60,734 bases of DNA. Source: an uncultured Ectothiorhodospiraceae bacterium (lineage in GTDB: Bacteria; Pseudomonadota; Gammaproteobacteria; XJ16; Halofilaceae). Location of the stretch: the NCBI GenBank assembly GCA_964545695.1, contig CAZJGZ010000001.1:13953-74686 (forward strand). Reading direction: 5' to 3'. Below the pieces are notes generated by a model. That model worked only from the letters and a program-made list of their open reading frames with translations, did not search any database and was not told the origin of the DNA. The translations under genes were made by a program, and so were the position numbers. Positions 33,542-47,106 of this stretch are shown here, piece by piece; position 1 is the first letter of the stretch, and each line of letters starts with the position of its first letter.

Positions 33542-35935
33542 TCAGCCGCCGCGACGGCGGCGCTTGCGGGCAGAACCATCGGCCTGCTTGCCTTCGGCGG
33601 GCTTGCTCCCGGCACCCTTGCCCTTGCTGGTCTTCTTCTTGCTCGCAGTCTTCTTGCTCGTGGCCTTCTTGCCGGACGCGGCTTTCTTCTTGCTGGCGGG
33701 CTTCTTCCCGCCCTTGCCATCCGCCGCGGCGCCACCCGCCGGGATCGGTTCGCCGACCGGTTCGAAATCGATCTTGCGCTCGTCCACATCGACCCGCATG
33801 ACGCGCACGCGCAAGCCGTCACCGACGCGATATTCGCGCCCGGAACGATCGCCCACCAGACAGTGGCCCACGGGATCGAAGCGGTAGTAGTCGCGCGCCA
33901 GCGAGGTCACGTGCACCAGCCCTTCGGTATAGGTCGCCTGCAACTCGACGAACAGGCCGAACGAGGTCACACCATTGATGATGCCATCGAACTCCTCACC
34001 GACCCGATTCTCCATGTACTGGCATTTCAGGACCTGCTCGACGTCACGGGTTGCCTCGTCGGCGCGGCGTTCGGACATGGAGCAGTGCTCTCCGAAACGC
34101 ACCATGTCATCGTGCTCGTAGCGGTAGTTCTTCGGTCGCCCGCCCTCGCACCGATGGTGCAGGGCACGATGCACGAGCAGATCGGGGTAACGCCGAATCG
34201 GCGATGTGAAATGAGCATACTCTTCGAGCGCCAGACCGAAGTGACCGCTGCAGTCCGGCTGATACACCGCCTGACTGAGCGTGCGCAGCATCGCGGTCTG
34301 GATCAGGTGATGGTCCGGCCGTTCGCGCGCGGCAATCATCACCTCGGCGAAGTGGCGGGCATCGGGTGTATCGCCCCCCCCCAGAGTCAGGCCGCGTTCC
34401 GACAGGAACGTTCGCAGATCATCCAGACGCTCGCTCTGCGGCCCCGGGTGAACCCGGTAGAGCGCTGGCATCTTGTGCTTCTGCAGGTGGCGCGCGGTGG
34501 CAACGTTCGCCGCGATCATGCACTCCTCGATGATCAGGTGGGCGTCGTTGCGCACGGTCGGCTCGATGTTCTCGATGCGGCCCGTCGTTTCGTCGAACTG
34601 GATTTTCGTTTCCACCGAGTCGAACTCGAGCGCGCCGCGCTTGCGTCGTGCCTTCAACAGCACGCCGAACAGCTTGTGCAGGTTCTCCAGGTGCGGCACC
34701 AGTTTCTGGTGCTGGTCGCGCTTGCTCTCATCGCGTTCGAGCAGGATTGACGCGACGTCATCGTAGGTCAGCCGCGCATGGCTACGCATGACACCGGGAT
34801 AGAAACGACTGCGCTGTACCTGCCCCTTGCCATCGATGCGCATGTCGCAGACGACACAGAGGCGATCCACATCGGGATTGAGCGAACACAGTCCGTTCGA
34901 CAGCTTTTCGGGCAACATCGGCACCACCCGGTTGGGGAAGTAGACCGACGTGCCACGCCGCAATGCTTCGTCGTCCAGCGGGGTGTCCGGCTGCACATAA
35001 TGGGCAACGTCGGCGATGGCGACGACCAGACGCCAGCCCCCGAACCGCCCCGGTTCGCAGTAGACCGCATCATCGAAGTCCTTGGAATCGGCACCGTCGA
35101 TGGTAACCAGTGGCATCTTGCGCACATCCTTGCGTCCCTTCTTGTCCGCCTCCTGCACCTCGTCGGGCAATCCCGCGAGTTGTTCCTCGACGGCCGCGGG
35201 CCATTCGCTCGGAATGCCGTGGGAATTGATGGCGATGTCCGTTTCCATGCCTGGCTGCAGGCGCTCGCCGAGAACCTCACGCACGCGGCCGATCGGCTGC
35301 CGCCGCCGGGTCGGCTGTTCGATGATATCCACGACCGCGATCTGGCCATGCTCGGCGCCATTGGCGTGCTCGAGCGCGATCAGGACCTCCTGGTTGATGC
35401 GCTTGTGGTCCGGGACCAGCGCCATTACGCCGGACTCGGCCACAATCCTCCCGACCAGGGTCTCATTGGCACGGGACAGGATCTCCGCCACCGATCCTTC
35501 GCGGCGCCCACGGCGATCGACGCCGGTAACGTGGACCACCGCTCGGTCGCCATGGAGCAACTGGCGCATCTCGCGGGGATTGAGATAGACGTCATCGCCG
35601 CCCTCGTCCGGGACCAGGAAACCGAACCCGTCCGGGTGCGCCATCACGCGTCCGCGCACGAGGTTGCGGGAATCAACGGGCACGTAGCCGTCGCGTCGAT
35701 TGAGCAGCACCTGACCGTCGCGCACCATCGCGATCAGCCGGCGGCGCAGGGCTTCACGCCCGTCCTCATCCGCAATCTCGTGGAACGCGGCGATCTCCTC
35801 GTACTGCATCGGCTCGCCGCGTTCATGCAGCGTGTGCAGGATCAGCTCGCGGCTGGCGATCGGGCGTTCATACTTGCGGGCCTCACGCTCTGCCTTGGGG
35901 TCGCGTTGGCGGGTCGTTTTGCGGCGACTATTCAT
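33542..35935 (-). CDS. rnr: Ribonuclease R
   Basis: HPDGFGF, TIDGADSKDFDDA, HFTSPIRRYPD, S1 domain, Lys-rich tail; GAGGAG RBS before ATG 35935. Confidence 0.97.
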   Translation of the reverse strand: MNSRRKTTRQRDPKAEREARKYERPIASRELILHTLHERGEPMQYEEIAAFHEIADEDGREALRRRLIAMVRDGQVLLNRRDGYVPVDSRNLVRGRVMAHPDGFGFLVPDEGGDDVYLNPREMRQLLHGDRAVVHVTGVDRRGRREGSVAEILSRANETLVGRIVAESGVMALVPDHKRINQEVLIALEHANGAEHGQIAVVDIIEQPTRRRQPIGRVREVLGERLQPGMETDIAINSHGIPSEWPAAVEEQLAGLPDEVQEADKKGRKDVRKMPLVTIDGADSKDFDDAVYCEPGRFGGWRLVVAIADVAHYVQPDTPLDDEALRRGTSVYFPNRVVPMLPEKLSNGLCSLNPDVDRLCVVCDMRIDGKGQVQRSRFYPGVMRSHARLTYDDVASILLERDESKRDQHQKLVPHLENLHKLFGVLLKARRKRGALEFDSVETKIQFDETTGRIENIEPTVRNDAHLIIEECMIAANVATARHLQKHKMPALYRVHPGPQSERLDDLRTFLSERGLTLGGGDTPDARHFAEVMIAARERPDHHLIQTAMLRTLSQAVYQPDCSGHFGLALEEYAHFTSPIRRYPDLLVHRALHHRCEGGRPKNYRYEHDDMVRFGEHCSMSERRADEATRDVEQVLKCQYMENRVGEEFDGIINGVTSFGLFVELQATYTEGLVHVTSLARDYYRFDPVGHCLVGDRSGREYRVGDGLRVRVMRVDVDERKIDFEPVGEPIPAGGAAADGKGGKKPASKKKAASGKKATSKKTASKKKTSKGKGAGSKPAEGKQADGSARKRRRRGG

Positions 35936-35994
35936 GAAGTAGCAATCCACTCCTCGGGAATTCGGTTTTTTGATGAATCGGCAGCGGATGTCCG

Positions 35995-36023
35995 TTGACA
36001 CAACCCGCGGCCCTTTGTACAGT
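35995..36023 (+). promoter_or_regulatory. Sigma70 promoter of tRNA-Leu
   Basis: TTGACA-N17-TACAGT with a GC-rich discriminator, 38 nt upstream of the tRNA. Confidence 0.8.
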
Positions 36024-36061
36024 CTCGCGACTCCGGGCCAGCCCGGATTTCTGCACCACCT

Positions 36062-36148
36062 GCCGAGGTGGCGGAATTGGTAGACGCGCTAGCTTCAGGT
36101 GCTAGTGGGGGAAACCCCGTGGAGGTTCAAGTCCTCTCCTCGGCACCA
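36062..36148 (+). tRNA. tRNA-Leu(CAG)
   Basis: Acceptor stem GCCGAGG/CCTCGGC-ACCA, D-loop GGAATTGGTAGAC, anticodon arm CTAGC-TTCAGGT-GCTAG, long variable arm, GTTCAAGT T-loop. Confidence 0.98.
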
Positions 36149-36163
36149 TTCTTCAATCCTTGA

Positions 36164-36182
36164 CGCGACAAACCTTGTCGCG
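36164..36182. repeat. Palindrome GCGACAA-N3-TTGTCGC, copy 1
   Basis: cGCGACAA-acc-TTGTCGCg just downstream of the tRNA; identical arms recur at 53533. Confidence 0.6.
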
Positions 36183-36334
36183 CCGCCGTCATCGATGCAC
36201 GAGACGCGACTCGGGGCTTCCCGCCATCGGCAAGCGTCAGCCTGCAGCCGGATCCGGCATGGACGCGGAGAGTAACCCATTCAACGGCCGCTGTAAGCAT
36301 CCGGTCGCGACGTTGACGCAAACCCACAGGCAGA

Positions 36335-38829
<2,495 letters not shown>

Positions 38830-38830
38830 G

Positions 38831-39016
38831 TCATTGCACCAGATACAGCAGCACCAATCCCGCGCCCATGCTGGCCAAACCCAGGGTCCGGAGCTGCCCG
38901 TCCGGCAACTCGGTGGCGCGCCGCATGGCGTTACGGAAGCCGCCCGGGCTGACGAAAGGCAGCAACCCCTCGATGATCAGCACCAGTGCGATGGCCGTGA
39001 AGATTTCGATCCACAT
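38831..39016 (-). CDS. DUF2065 (YjeT-like) small membrane protein
   Basis: ALVLIIEGLLPF..P...LR..G motif; conserved position after hflC. Confidence 0.88.
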   Translation of the reverse strand: MWIEIFTAIALVLIIEGLLPFVSPGGFRNAMRRATELPDGQLRTLGLASMGAGLVLLYLVQ

Positions 39017-39149
39017 GCTCGGCTCTTGTTTTCGTGCACGTGCACGCGCACGGGCCGTTACACGGACGCTGACCGAACCTGCTTCGTGTCCGGCAGGATG
39101 GACGCCCCGGCCGCAAACCCCGGGGCCGGCAAGCCTGCGTCAGTTCGTC

Positions 39150-39186
39150 GGAAACAGGCTGCCCCGGCCATGAGGGCCAGGGCAGC
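39150..39186 (-). terminator. Possible terminator after hflC
   Basis: 12-bp stem GCTGCCCTGGCC-CTCAT-GGCCGGGGCAGC followed by CTGTTTCC on the minus strand. Confidence 0.5.
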
Positions 39187-39217
39187 AAGGCGTTACGGCT
39201 CCCGCGGACGCTCGCAC

Positions 39218-40096
39218 CTATTCCTCGAGTGGTCGTCCTGCGGCCTCACCGAAGTAGCGGAAGAATTCCGAATCCGGTTCAAGCACCATGACATCACGCG
39301 ATTCATCGAAGATGCGCTCGTACGCCTGGAGGCTGCGGTAGAAGCTGAAGAAGTCCGGATCCTCCGAGTGCGCCTCGGCGAAGATGCGGGTGGCTTCGGC
39401 ATCACCGCGGCCCCGTATCTCTTCACCCTCGCGGCGCGCATCGGCGCGGATCTCTTCCGCTTCACGCTGGGCGCCGGCACGAATGGCCTGCGCCTGCTCG
39501 CGACCCTCGGCACGGAACTCGGTCGCCGCTGCGACTCGCTCCTGCTCCATGCGCTGATACACGGATTCGCGCACGCTCTCCGGCAGCTCCACCTTCTTGA
39601 TTCGCACGTCGCGCACGGTCACGCCGAGCTCGGCGGCGCGGGCATTCGTCACTCGCCGCACGGTGTCCATGATCACGGCACGCTCGCCCGAGATCACCTC
39701 GACCACGGTACGCTTGGCGAATTCGTCCGCGAGCTGATTGCGCACAAATTGATGCAGGCGCTGTCGGGCGACGGTTTCGTCACCACCCGTGGAGTTGTAG
39801 AACCGCACGACGTCCATGATCTGCCACTTCACGAAGGCATCGACAATCAGGTTCTTCTTCTCGATCGTCAGCAGACGCCGCGGCTCGGCATCCAGCGTGA
39901 GCACCCGGGAATCGAAGCGGTAGACATTCTGGTACACCGGAATACGGAAATGCAGCCCCGGATCATAATCGGCGCTGACGATTTCCCCGAGCTGCAGCTT
40001 CAGGGCCCGCTCGGTTTCATGCACGGTAAACGTCGATGCCAGGAAGGTGACGACCGCGATCCCGATGACGACGACAAAGGTATAAAAGCGCGTCAT
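39218..40096 (-). CDS. hflC: FtsH modulator HflC
   Basis: SPFH domain, PGLHF, RMEQER, FYRSLQAY. Confidence 0.95.
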   Translation of the reverse strand: MTRFYTFVVVIGIAVVTFLASTFTVHETERALKLQLGEIVSADYDPGLHFRIPVYQNVYRFDSRVLTLDAEPRRLLTIEKKNLIVDAFVKWQIMDVVRFYNSTGGDETVARQRLHQFVRNQLADEFAKRTVVEVISGERAVIMDTVRRVTNARAAELGVTVRDVRIKKVELPESVRESVYQRMEQERVAAATEFRAEGREQAQAIRAGAQREAEEIRADARREGEEIRGRGDAEATRIFAEAHSEDPDFFSFYRSLQAYERIFDESRDVMVLEPDSEFFRYFGEAAGRPLEE

Positions 40097-41340
40097 CAGT
40101 TCGAACTCCTCGTTGTCCGGTGGCGATCACCGCGCAGCGAACTGCCCGAGCCGGTATCGGCAGCGCCGCCGGCAACACCACGTGGCACCTGCACCCCGTA
40201 CTGCTCCTCGAACTCGAGGCCGCGCGCAGCACCGCCAAGCATACCGTCCAGCGGCAGATAGATCAGGTTCGAGCCATCGCCCTCGCCGCTGATCATGACC
40301 TTGCCGGTGTCGCTGAAGACGCGCTCCATGGTGTCGAGGTAGAGGCGCGTGCGGGCCACTTCGGGGGCCTGCGCGAACTCTTCGAGCACTGAGGTGAAGC
40401 GGGCGGCGTCACCGCGGGCGCCTTCGACCGTCCGCACACGATACGCTTCTGCCTCTTCCAGGAAGCGGGCGGCATCACCGCGGGCTTCCGGAATGAGTTC
40501 GTTGCGTACCGCCTGGGCTTCGTTGATGATCCGTTCACGGTCCTCACGGGCCATGATCGCATCCTCGAATGCCGGCTGGACCTGTTCGGGCGGCTGGGCC
40601 TGCTGCAGGTTCACGGTCTGGATATTCAAGCCCGCGTTGTAATGATCCATGATCTCCTGGATCCAGTCCTCGGTGACGTCGGCCAGCTCCCGCCGCCCTT
40701 CGGTGATCACGAAGTCGAGATCCTGTCGCCCCACCGCCTCGCGAATCACGCTTTCAATGGTCTCGGCCAGCGTCTGCTCGGGTTGGCGCACATTGAACAG
40801 GAAATCACGCGCGTCACGCACGTCGTACTGCACCGTCAGGTCGATCCGCACGAGATTCTCGTCGCGGGTCAGAATCAACTGCGTCGGCAGGGGGATCGTG
40901 CGGTTGCGGTCGACATTGACCGTCTCGACATGATGCACGGGCCACGGTACGTGCCAGTGCGGTCCCGGTCCGGTCGTGGCGTAATACTCGCCGAAGCGGG
41001 TGACCACACCGCGTTCCGGCGCATCCACGATATAGAAGCCGGATGCCAGCCAGCCAAGAACGATCAGACCGAGGACGCCCCAGGCAGCCTTTTCGGGTAC
41101 GCCATCGCCGCCACCCGACTCGCTGCTGCCGGAATTGTCGTTCCCGCCACCGCCATCGCCGCCACTGTTGACGGAACGCAACGGGCGCGACTTGCCGCCG
41201 AACAGACCTTTCAGTTTGTCCCGGAACTTGCGGAAGGCTTCATCAAGGTCGGGTGGACCGCCATCGCCGCCACCGCCTTTGCCCCCGCTGTTACCCCAGG
41301 GATCCTTGTTCCCGCCACCGCCGGGCTGATTCCACGCCAT
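40096..41340 (-). CDS. hflK: FtsH modulator HflK
   Basis: MAWNQPGG..DPWG..GPPDLDE, TM segment, SPFH domain, RLYLDTM. Confidence 0.96.
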   Translation of the reverse strand: MAWNQPGGGGNKDPWGNSGGKGGGGDGGPPDLDEAFRKFRDKLKGLFGGKSRPLRSVNSGGDGGGGNDNSGSSESGGGDGVPEKAAWGVLGLIVLGWLASGFYIVDAPERGVVTRFGEYYATTGPGPHWHVPWPVHHVETVNVDRNRTIPLPTQLILTRDENLVRIDLTVQYDVRDARDFLFNVRQPEQTLAETIESVIREAVGRQDLDFVITEGRRELADVTEDWIQEIMDHYNAGLNIQTVNLQQAQPPEQVQPAFEDAIMAREDRERIINEAQAVRNELIPEARGDAARFLEEAEAYRVRTVEGARGDAARFTSVLEEFAQAPEVARTRLYLDTMERVFSDTGKVMISGEGDGSNLIYLPLDGMLGGAARGLEFEEQYGVQVPRGVAGGAADTGSGSSLRGDRHRTTRSSN

Positions 41341-41473
41341 GAAATGCGCTCTCAGGTAGTTGAGCTGATTATCAGGATGCTGCCGAGGCAAGCATTCGCA
41401 CGAAACAACCGGATGGGATGCGACCGTGTTCGAGCAGGCACACAATCATGCCGGACCGTGCATTCTATTGACC

Positions 41474-42787
41474 TCAAGCCATGCCCGCAACACAGGCGGC
41501 GGCGCTGCGCTCCAGGCGCGAGACCGCAACCCCCTCGGCGGCGGCCAGGCGCTGCCAGTCGACCGGGTCGATGGTGAGTTCAATCAGAATCGCCCCGTCC
41601 GTGTTCACGGTCTCACTGAGCACCGCGGCATCCTCGTGCAGGCGAGCGCGCAACCGGCCTTCCATCGGCGCAATCCGTATCCAACCATGCAGGCGCCCCT
41701 GCCCCAGACGTTCGGCGACCGCGTTCAGCAGCAGGTCAATGCCCGCGCCGGTCGCCGCCGATATCCATACGCGGCGCGGCAGACCATGCTCATCACGCTC
41801 GAGCCGCGGCGCACTGCCCAGAAGATCCACCTTGTTGAAGACCTCCAGGCGCTCGATGTCCTGGGCACCAATCTCGGCAAGGACCGTCTCGACATCCTCG
41901 ATGCGCTCACCATGGTTTTCATCCGAGGCATCGATGACATGCAGCAGCAGCCTGGCGTCAAGGGTCTCCTCCAGTGTCGACTGGAAGGCCTCGATGAGGG
42001 CGTGAGGCAGGTCGCGCAGGAAGCCCACAGTGTCGGCGAGAACGGCGTCGTGGCCATACGGCAGCGCAAGCCGGCGCAGGGTCGGGTCGAGCGTGGCGAA
42101 AAGCTGGTCGGCCACGTGGGCATCCGGCTCGACCAGATTGCGGAACAACGTCGATTTGCCGGCATTGGTATAACCGACCAGGGACACGGTTGGCGCCTCC
42201 GCTGCCTGCCGTGCCTGGCGCCCCTGGTGCCGCTGACTGCGGACACGCTCGAGGCGGCGCCGGATCTGCTTGATCCGTCCGCCCAGCATGCGCCGGTCGA
42301 GCTCCAGCTGCGTTTCGCCGGGGCCACGCAGGCCAATGCCGCCCTTCTGTCGTTCCAGGTGGGTCCAGCCGCGGATCAGTCGTGTCGACAAATGGGTCAG
42401 CTGGGCCAGCTCGACCTGCAACTTGCCTTCGAAGGAGCGCGCCCGCTGGGCAAAGATGTCGAGAATAAGCCCGGTGCGGTCCAGCACACGGCAGCTCAGT
42501 GACTGCTCGAGGTTACGCTCCTGCCCAGGCGCCAGTTCGTGATCCACCAACACCAGGTCGGCACCGGTCGACACGATCGCCTCGCGCACCTCCTCAAGCT
42601 TGCCGGAACCGACGAAATAGCGCGGATCGGGCTGCGCGCGCGAGCCGGTGATTTCCCCGACCGCGGTCGCGCCCGCCGCTCGCGCCAGCTCACGGAATTC
42701 TCCCAATGCCTCGGCGGACCAAGCCGCCCCGATTCCCATATGAATGAGAATCGCACGTTCAGCATGGGCCTGGGGGCGCTCGAACAA
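41474..42787 (-). CDS. hflX: Ribosome-splitting GTPase HflX
   Basis: DIFAQRA, GPGETQLE, GYTNAGKS, DTVG, NKVD; TTG start. Confidence 0.97.
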   Translation of the reverse strand: MFERPQAHAERAILIHMGIGAAWSAEALGEFRELARAAGATAVGEITGSRAQPDPRYFVGSGKLEEVREAIVSTGADLVLVDHELAPGQERNLEQSLSCRVLDRTGLILDIFAQRARSFEGKLQVELAQLTHLSTRLIRGWTHLERQKGGIGLRGPGETQLELDRRMLGGRIKQIRRRLERVRSQRHQGRQARQAAEAPTVSLVGYTNAGKSTLFRNLVEPDAHVADQLFATLDPTLRRLALPYGHDAVLADTVGFLRDLPHALIEAFQSTLEETLDARLLLHVIDASDENHGERIEDVETVLAEIGAQDIERLEVFNKVDLLGSAPRLERDEHGLPRRVWISAATGAGIDLLLNAVAERLGQGRLHGWIRIAPMEGRLRARLHEDAAVLSETVNTDGAILIELTIDPVDWQRLAAAEGVAVSRLERSAAACVAGMA

Positions 42788-42812
42788 GGGCTAGCAACGC
42801 CTCCCGATCACG

Positions 42813-43262
<450 letters not shown>

Positions 43263-43325
43263 TCATTCTAGCTCGGTGTGCGCAGGCAATACCACGCCAC
43301 CCGGCCTTTTTCTTCCTAGAACGGA

Positions 43326-43353
43326 TAATGGTGCCGGCCGGCCGGTTTTCAAG
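43326..43353 (-). promoter_or_regulatory. Sigma32 (RpoH)-like promoter upstream of hfq
   Basis: Minus strand reads CTTGAA-N14-CACCATTA, close to the RpoH consensus CTTGAA-N13/14-CCCCATnT. Confidence 0.65.
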
Positions 43354-43420
43354 GTTGAGATCGACCGGCCATCCCGCGCAACGCCAGCCGCCTCGGACGG
43401 GCGCATGGGGCCCGCTCGCC

Positions 43421-43855
43421 TCATCGCCGGACATCGTTACCGCAGACGGAGCCCTCGATCCGCAGCCGCGCACGCAGCCGGCGCCACGTCACCGGATCCA
43501 GCGCATCGCGCGCGACGACACGCCGCACGCCGAATACCCCCGAGCGAAACACCAGCACCACCAGCCAGGGCGTACAGAAGGTGCCAGGCGCGAGCTGCAA
43601 CGTCCGTTCTCCACGCGGGGTCGCCACGCGCCAACTGCCATCGGCACACCATTCCAGCCGGGACGCGCTCTTGATGCGCCGCCATTCCAGCCAGGCCGAC
43701 AGTGACGCGGCGGGTAACAACGCCAGGACCCATGCGGGTGACAACAGCAGGATTGCGACCGCTGCCACGATCCACGCACCGGACCACAGCGTGACGAGGA
43801 ATCTCGACGGTCGCGGTTCAAATACCAGCGGAGTCGCGTATCCGTGCGACGACAT
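43421..43855 (-). CDS. ygfX: YgfX/CptA-like membrane protein
   Basis: PSRFL, two TM helices, DALD...WRRLR..LR C-terminus; overlaps the sdhE 3' end. Confidence 0.75.
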   Translation of the reverse strand: MSSHGYATPLVFEPRPSRFLVTLWSGAWIVAAVAILLLSPAWVLALLPAASLSAWLEWRRIKSASRLEWCADGSWRVATPRGERTLQLAPGTFCTPWLVVLVFRSGVFGVRRVVARDALDPVTWRRLRARLRIEGSVCGNDVRR

Positions 43856-44060
43856 GGTCCAGTTCCGGGTCACCCGTGGAACGGCGCCCGATCAGGCAGT
43901 CGTACAATTCCGGATCGGGCCACTCGAGCAGGCGCTCGAATGCCTGCTGCACCGTTGGCGAGCTGGCCGCATAACCTTCGTCCAGGAACCGCGTGAGCAG
44001 CACATCAAGCTCGCGTGTGCCGCGACGGCACAACCAGCGCAGGCGGGACTCATTGCTCAC
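43818..44060 (-). CDS. sdhE: FAD assembly factor SdhE
   Basis: RLRWLCRRGTRELD (RGxxE motif), LLEWPDPEL. Confidence 0.93.
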   Translation of the reverse strand: MSNESRLRWLCRRGTRELDVLLTRFLDEGYAASSPTVQQAFERLLEWPDPELYDCLIGRRSTGDPELDHVVARIRDSAGI

Positions 44061-44081
44061 GCAGCGGCGAACCGCGGAAGG

Positions 44082-44864
44082 TCAGCCACGGCGCTCGACC
44101 AGTTGCTTCTTGATCTCGCCGATCGCCTTCGCGGGATTCAGGCCCTTGGGGCAGGAATCCGTGCAGTTCATGATCGTGTGGCAGCGGAACAGCTTGAACG
44201 GGTCATTGAGCTGATCAAGACGCTCACCCGTCGCTTCATCACGCGAATCGGCGATCCAGCGATAGGCATTGAGCAGCGTGGCGGGGCCGAGATATTTCTC
44301 GGGATTCCACCAGTAGCTCGGGCAACTGGTCGTGCAGCAGGCACAGAGGATGCATTCGTACAGCCCATCAAGCTCGGCGCGCTCGGCCGGTGATTGCAGG
44401 CGCTCGCGATCCGGCGGCGTGGGCGAACTGGTCTTGATCCACGGCTCGATCGACGCATGCTGGGCATAGAAATGCGTCATGTCCGGGACCAGGTCCTTGT
44501 GCACCGGCATGTGCGGCAACGGATAGATATTGATATCACCCTTGAAATCATCGATGGCCGAAATGCACGCCAGCGTATTGCGCCCGTTGATGTTCATCGA
44601 GCAGGAGCCGCAGATGCCCTCGCGGCATGAGCGCCGGAACGTCAGCGTCGGATCGATCTCGTTCTTGATCGCGATCATCGCGTCCAGGACCATCGGCCCA
44701 CAACGGTCGACGTCAATCGTGTAGGTGTCGAGCCGCGGATTGCTGTCGTCGTCGGGATCCCAGCGATAGATCTTGATATCGCGCGTATTGGTCGCGCCTT
44801 CCGGCGCCGGCCAGGTCTTGCCGATCTCGATTCGACTGTTCAGCGGAAGTGTAAACTCGGCCAT
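44082..44864 (-). CDS. sdhB: Succinate dehydrogenase Fe-S subunit
   Basis: [34 protein letters not shown]. Confidence 0.98.
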   Translation of the reverse strand: MAEFTLPLNSRIEIGKTWPAPEGATNTRDIKIYRWDPDDDSNPRLDTYTIDVDRCGPMVLDAMIAIKNEIDPTLTFRRSCREGICGSCSMNINGRNTLACISAIDDFKGDINIYPLPHMPVHKDLVPDMTHFYAQHASIEPWIKTSSPTPPDRERLQSPAERAELDGLYECILCACCTTSCPSYWWNPEKYLGPATLLNAYRWIADSRDEATGERLDQLNDPFKLFRCHTIMNCTDSCPKGLNPAKAIGEIKKQLVERRG

Positions 44865-44918
44865 GTCTGCCTCTGCAGTTTTTCCGCGAGCCCCGTGATC
44901 AAGGGGCCAACGCGGTGA

Positions 44919-46709
44919 TCAGTACGTACGCTTTTTCGGCGGGATCGACTCGACCTCGTCGGTAAGCGTGTTCATGTGCACGGGGCGATAGTCGATCCGG
45001 GTTGTACCGTCCTCGGGGTCGATCCAGCACAGCGTGTGCTTCATCCAGTTGTCGTCGTCCCGCTCGCTGTAATCCTCGCGCGCGTGGCCGCCGCGGCTCT
45101 CCTTGCGATTCAGGGCCGAATCGACGGTGCTGACCGCGTTGCCGAGCAGGTTTTCCAGCTCAAGCGTCTCGACCAGGTCCGTGTTCCAGACCAGCGATCG
45201 ATCGGTAACCTTGATATCGGCGAAACCGCGATAGATCTCGTTCATGCGCCGACTACCCTCGCCCAGCAGCGCCTCGTCACGAAAAACCGCCGCGTTGGTC
45301 TGCATCGTTCTCTGCATGCTGTCGCGCAGTTCTGCGGTCGACGTGCTGCCATCGGCATGGCGCAGGCGGTCGAAGCGTTCAAGGATGGCATCACTGCTGT
45401 CCGGCTTCAGCGGCCGCTGCGATGCACCTGGCTCGATCAGTTCGGCCGCACGAATCGCTGCCGCCCGACCGAACACGACGATATCGAGCAGGGAATTCGA
45501 GCCGAGTCGGTTGGCACCATGAACCGACACGCAGGCCGCTTCGCCGATCGCCATGAGCCCGGGCACGACCGCATCGGGATCGCCATCGCGCAGCGTCACG
45601 ACTTCACCGCGATAGTTGGTCTGAATGCCACCCATGTTGTAGTGGACCGTGGGAATCACCGGAATCGGCTCGCGGGTCACGTCGGCGCCGGCAAAGATTT
45701 TTGCCGACTCCGCGATGCCCGGCAGGCGCTCATTGATCACCTCGGGCCCCAGGTGCTGCAGATTGAGGTGGATGTGGTCCTTGTTGTCCCCGACGCCCCG
45801 GCCTTCGCTGATCTCGATGGTCATGGCGCGGCTGACGACGTCGCGCGAGGCCAGATCCTTGGCGTTCGGCGCGTAGCGCTCCATGAACCGCTCGCCGTCG
45901 GAATTGGTCAGGTAACCGCCCTCGCCCCGGACGCCTTCGGTAATCAGGCAGCCGGCACCATAGATGCCGGTCGGGTGGAACTGGACGAACTCCATGTCCT
46001 GCAGCGGCAGTCCGGCACGCAGCACCATGGCATTACCATCACCGGTACAGGTATGCGCTGAGGTGCAGGAAAAGTAGGCACGACCGTAGCCGCCTGTGGC
46101 GAGTACGACGATCTGCGCCCGGAACCGGTGCAGCTCGCCGGTAGCCAGATTCCAGGCGACGAGACCGCGGCATTCACCGTCTTCCATGATCAGATCGATG
46201 GCGAAATACTCGATGAAGAATTCGGCCTTTTCCGCCAACGAACGCTGGTACAGCGTGTGCAGGATGGCGTGGCCGGTACGGTCGGCCGCCGCGCAGGTCC
46301 GCTGCGCCGTGCCTTCCCCGAAGTGGGTCGTCATGCCGCCGAACGGGCGCTGATAGATGCGCCCATCCTCCGTGCGCGAGAATGGCACCCCGGAGTGCTC
46401 CAGTTCGATCACCGCGGGCACGGCTTCGCGGCACATGTATTCGATCGCGTCCTGATCACCGAGCCAGTCGGAGCCCTTGACCGTGTCGTACATGTGCCAT
46501 TGCCAGCTGTCTTCGCCCATGTTGCCGAGCGCGGCGCTCATACCTCCCTGGGCGGCCACGGTATGGCTGCGAGTGGGAAACACCTTGGTCACGCACGCCG
46601 TGCTGAGCCCCTTTTCGGCCATGCCGAGGGTCGCGCGCAGGCCCGCCCCGCCGGCACCGAGCACGACAACGTCATAGGTGTGATCGATAATGGTGTAGTC
46701 ACCAGCCAT
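44919..46709 (-). CDS. sdhA: Succinate dehydrogenase flavoprotein
   Basis: [16 protein letters not shown] (FAD-His), [23 protein letters not shown]. Confidence 0.98.
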   Translation of the reverse strand: MAGDYTIIDHTYDVVVLGAGGAGLRATLGMAEKGLSTACVTKVFPTRSHTVAAQGGMSAALGNMGEDSWQWHMYDTVKGSDWLGDQDAIEYMCREAVPAVIELEHSGVPFSRTEDGRIYQRPFGGMTTHFGEGTAQRTCAAADRTGHAILHTLYQRSLAEKAEFFIEYFAIDLIMEDGECRGLVAWNLATGELHRFRAQIVVLATGGYGRAYFSCTSAHTCTGDGNAMVLRAGLPLQDMEFVQFHPTGIYGAGCLITEGVRGEGGYLTNSDGERFMERYAPNAKDLASRDVVSRAMTIEISEGRGVGDNKDHIHLNLQHLGPEVINERLPGIAESAKIFAGADVTREPIPVIPTVHYNMGGIQTNYRGEVVTLRDGDPDAVVPGLMAIGEAACVSVHGANRLGSNSLLDIVVFGRAAAIRAAELIEPGASQRPLKPDSSDAILERFDRLRHADGSTSTAELRDSMQRTMQTNAAVFRDEALLGEGSRRMNEIYRGFADIKVTDRSLVWNTDLVETLELENLLGNAVSTVDSALNRKESRGGHAREDYSERDDDNWMKHTLCWIDPEDGTTRIDYRPVHMNTLTDEVESIPPKKRTY

Positions 46710-46713
46710 GCAA

Positions 46714-47094
46714 TCAGACTCCGAGCATGATCAGCAGCACGGACAGGATGCCGGCCAGCGCGAACGCCACGGCACTGAACTGAACGAGCAGCAGTAATGA
46801 TATTTTTTTCCATTCCGTGGCCACGTAGTCCTCGATGATGACCTGCAGCCCCAATGCGCCGTGCCAGAAGCCAACTCCGAGCACGAGAATCATCAATCCG
46901 GCATTGAGCGGCGTTTCCAGCCAGCCGATCACGGTGTGATAGTCGGCAGTACCCATCAGGGCTACGGAGAAACCGAGCCACAGTGTCAACGGGACCAGGG
47001 CAATCGCGCTGAGGCGCTGGTGCCACCAGTGGCCGACCCCTTCCTTGGCCGAGCCGAGCCCCTGGGCGCGGGCCAGTGATGTGCGCAGACTCAT
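46714..47094 (-). CDS. sdhD: Succinate dehydrogenase membrane anchor
   Basis: [25 protein letters not shown]. Confidence 0.95.
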   Translation of the reverse strand: MSLRTSLARAQGLGSAKEGVGHWWHQRLSAIALVPLTLWLGFSVALMGTADYHTVIGWLETPLNAGLMILVLGVGFWHGALGLQVIIEDYVATEWKKISLLLLVQFSAVAFALAGILSVLLIMLGV

Positions 47095-47106
47095 GATCGA
47101 ATCTCC

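Noticed and set aside
36149-36334. Island integrated at tRNA-Leu
   Set aside because: No integrase and no duplicated tRNA 3' end noticed in the window; purA follows directly, so the site is empty.
41100-41340. GCC/CCG-rich repeats at the hflK 5' end
   Set aside because: They encode the normal Gly-rich HflK N-terminus.
43421-44060. CptAB toxin-antitoxin pair
   Set aside because: Same families, but the position after sdhB supports the established SdhE flavinylation role.
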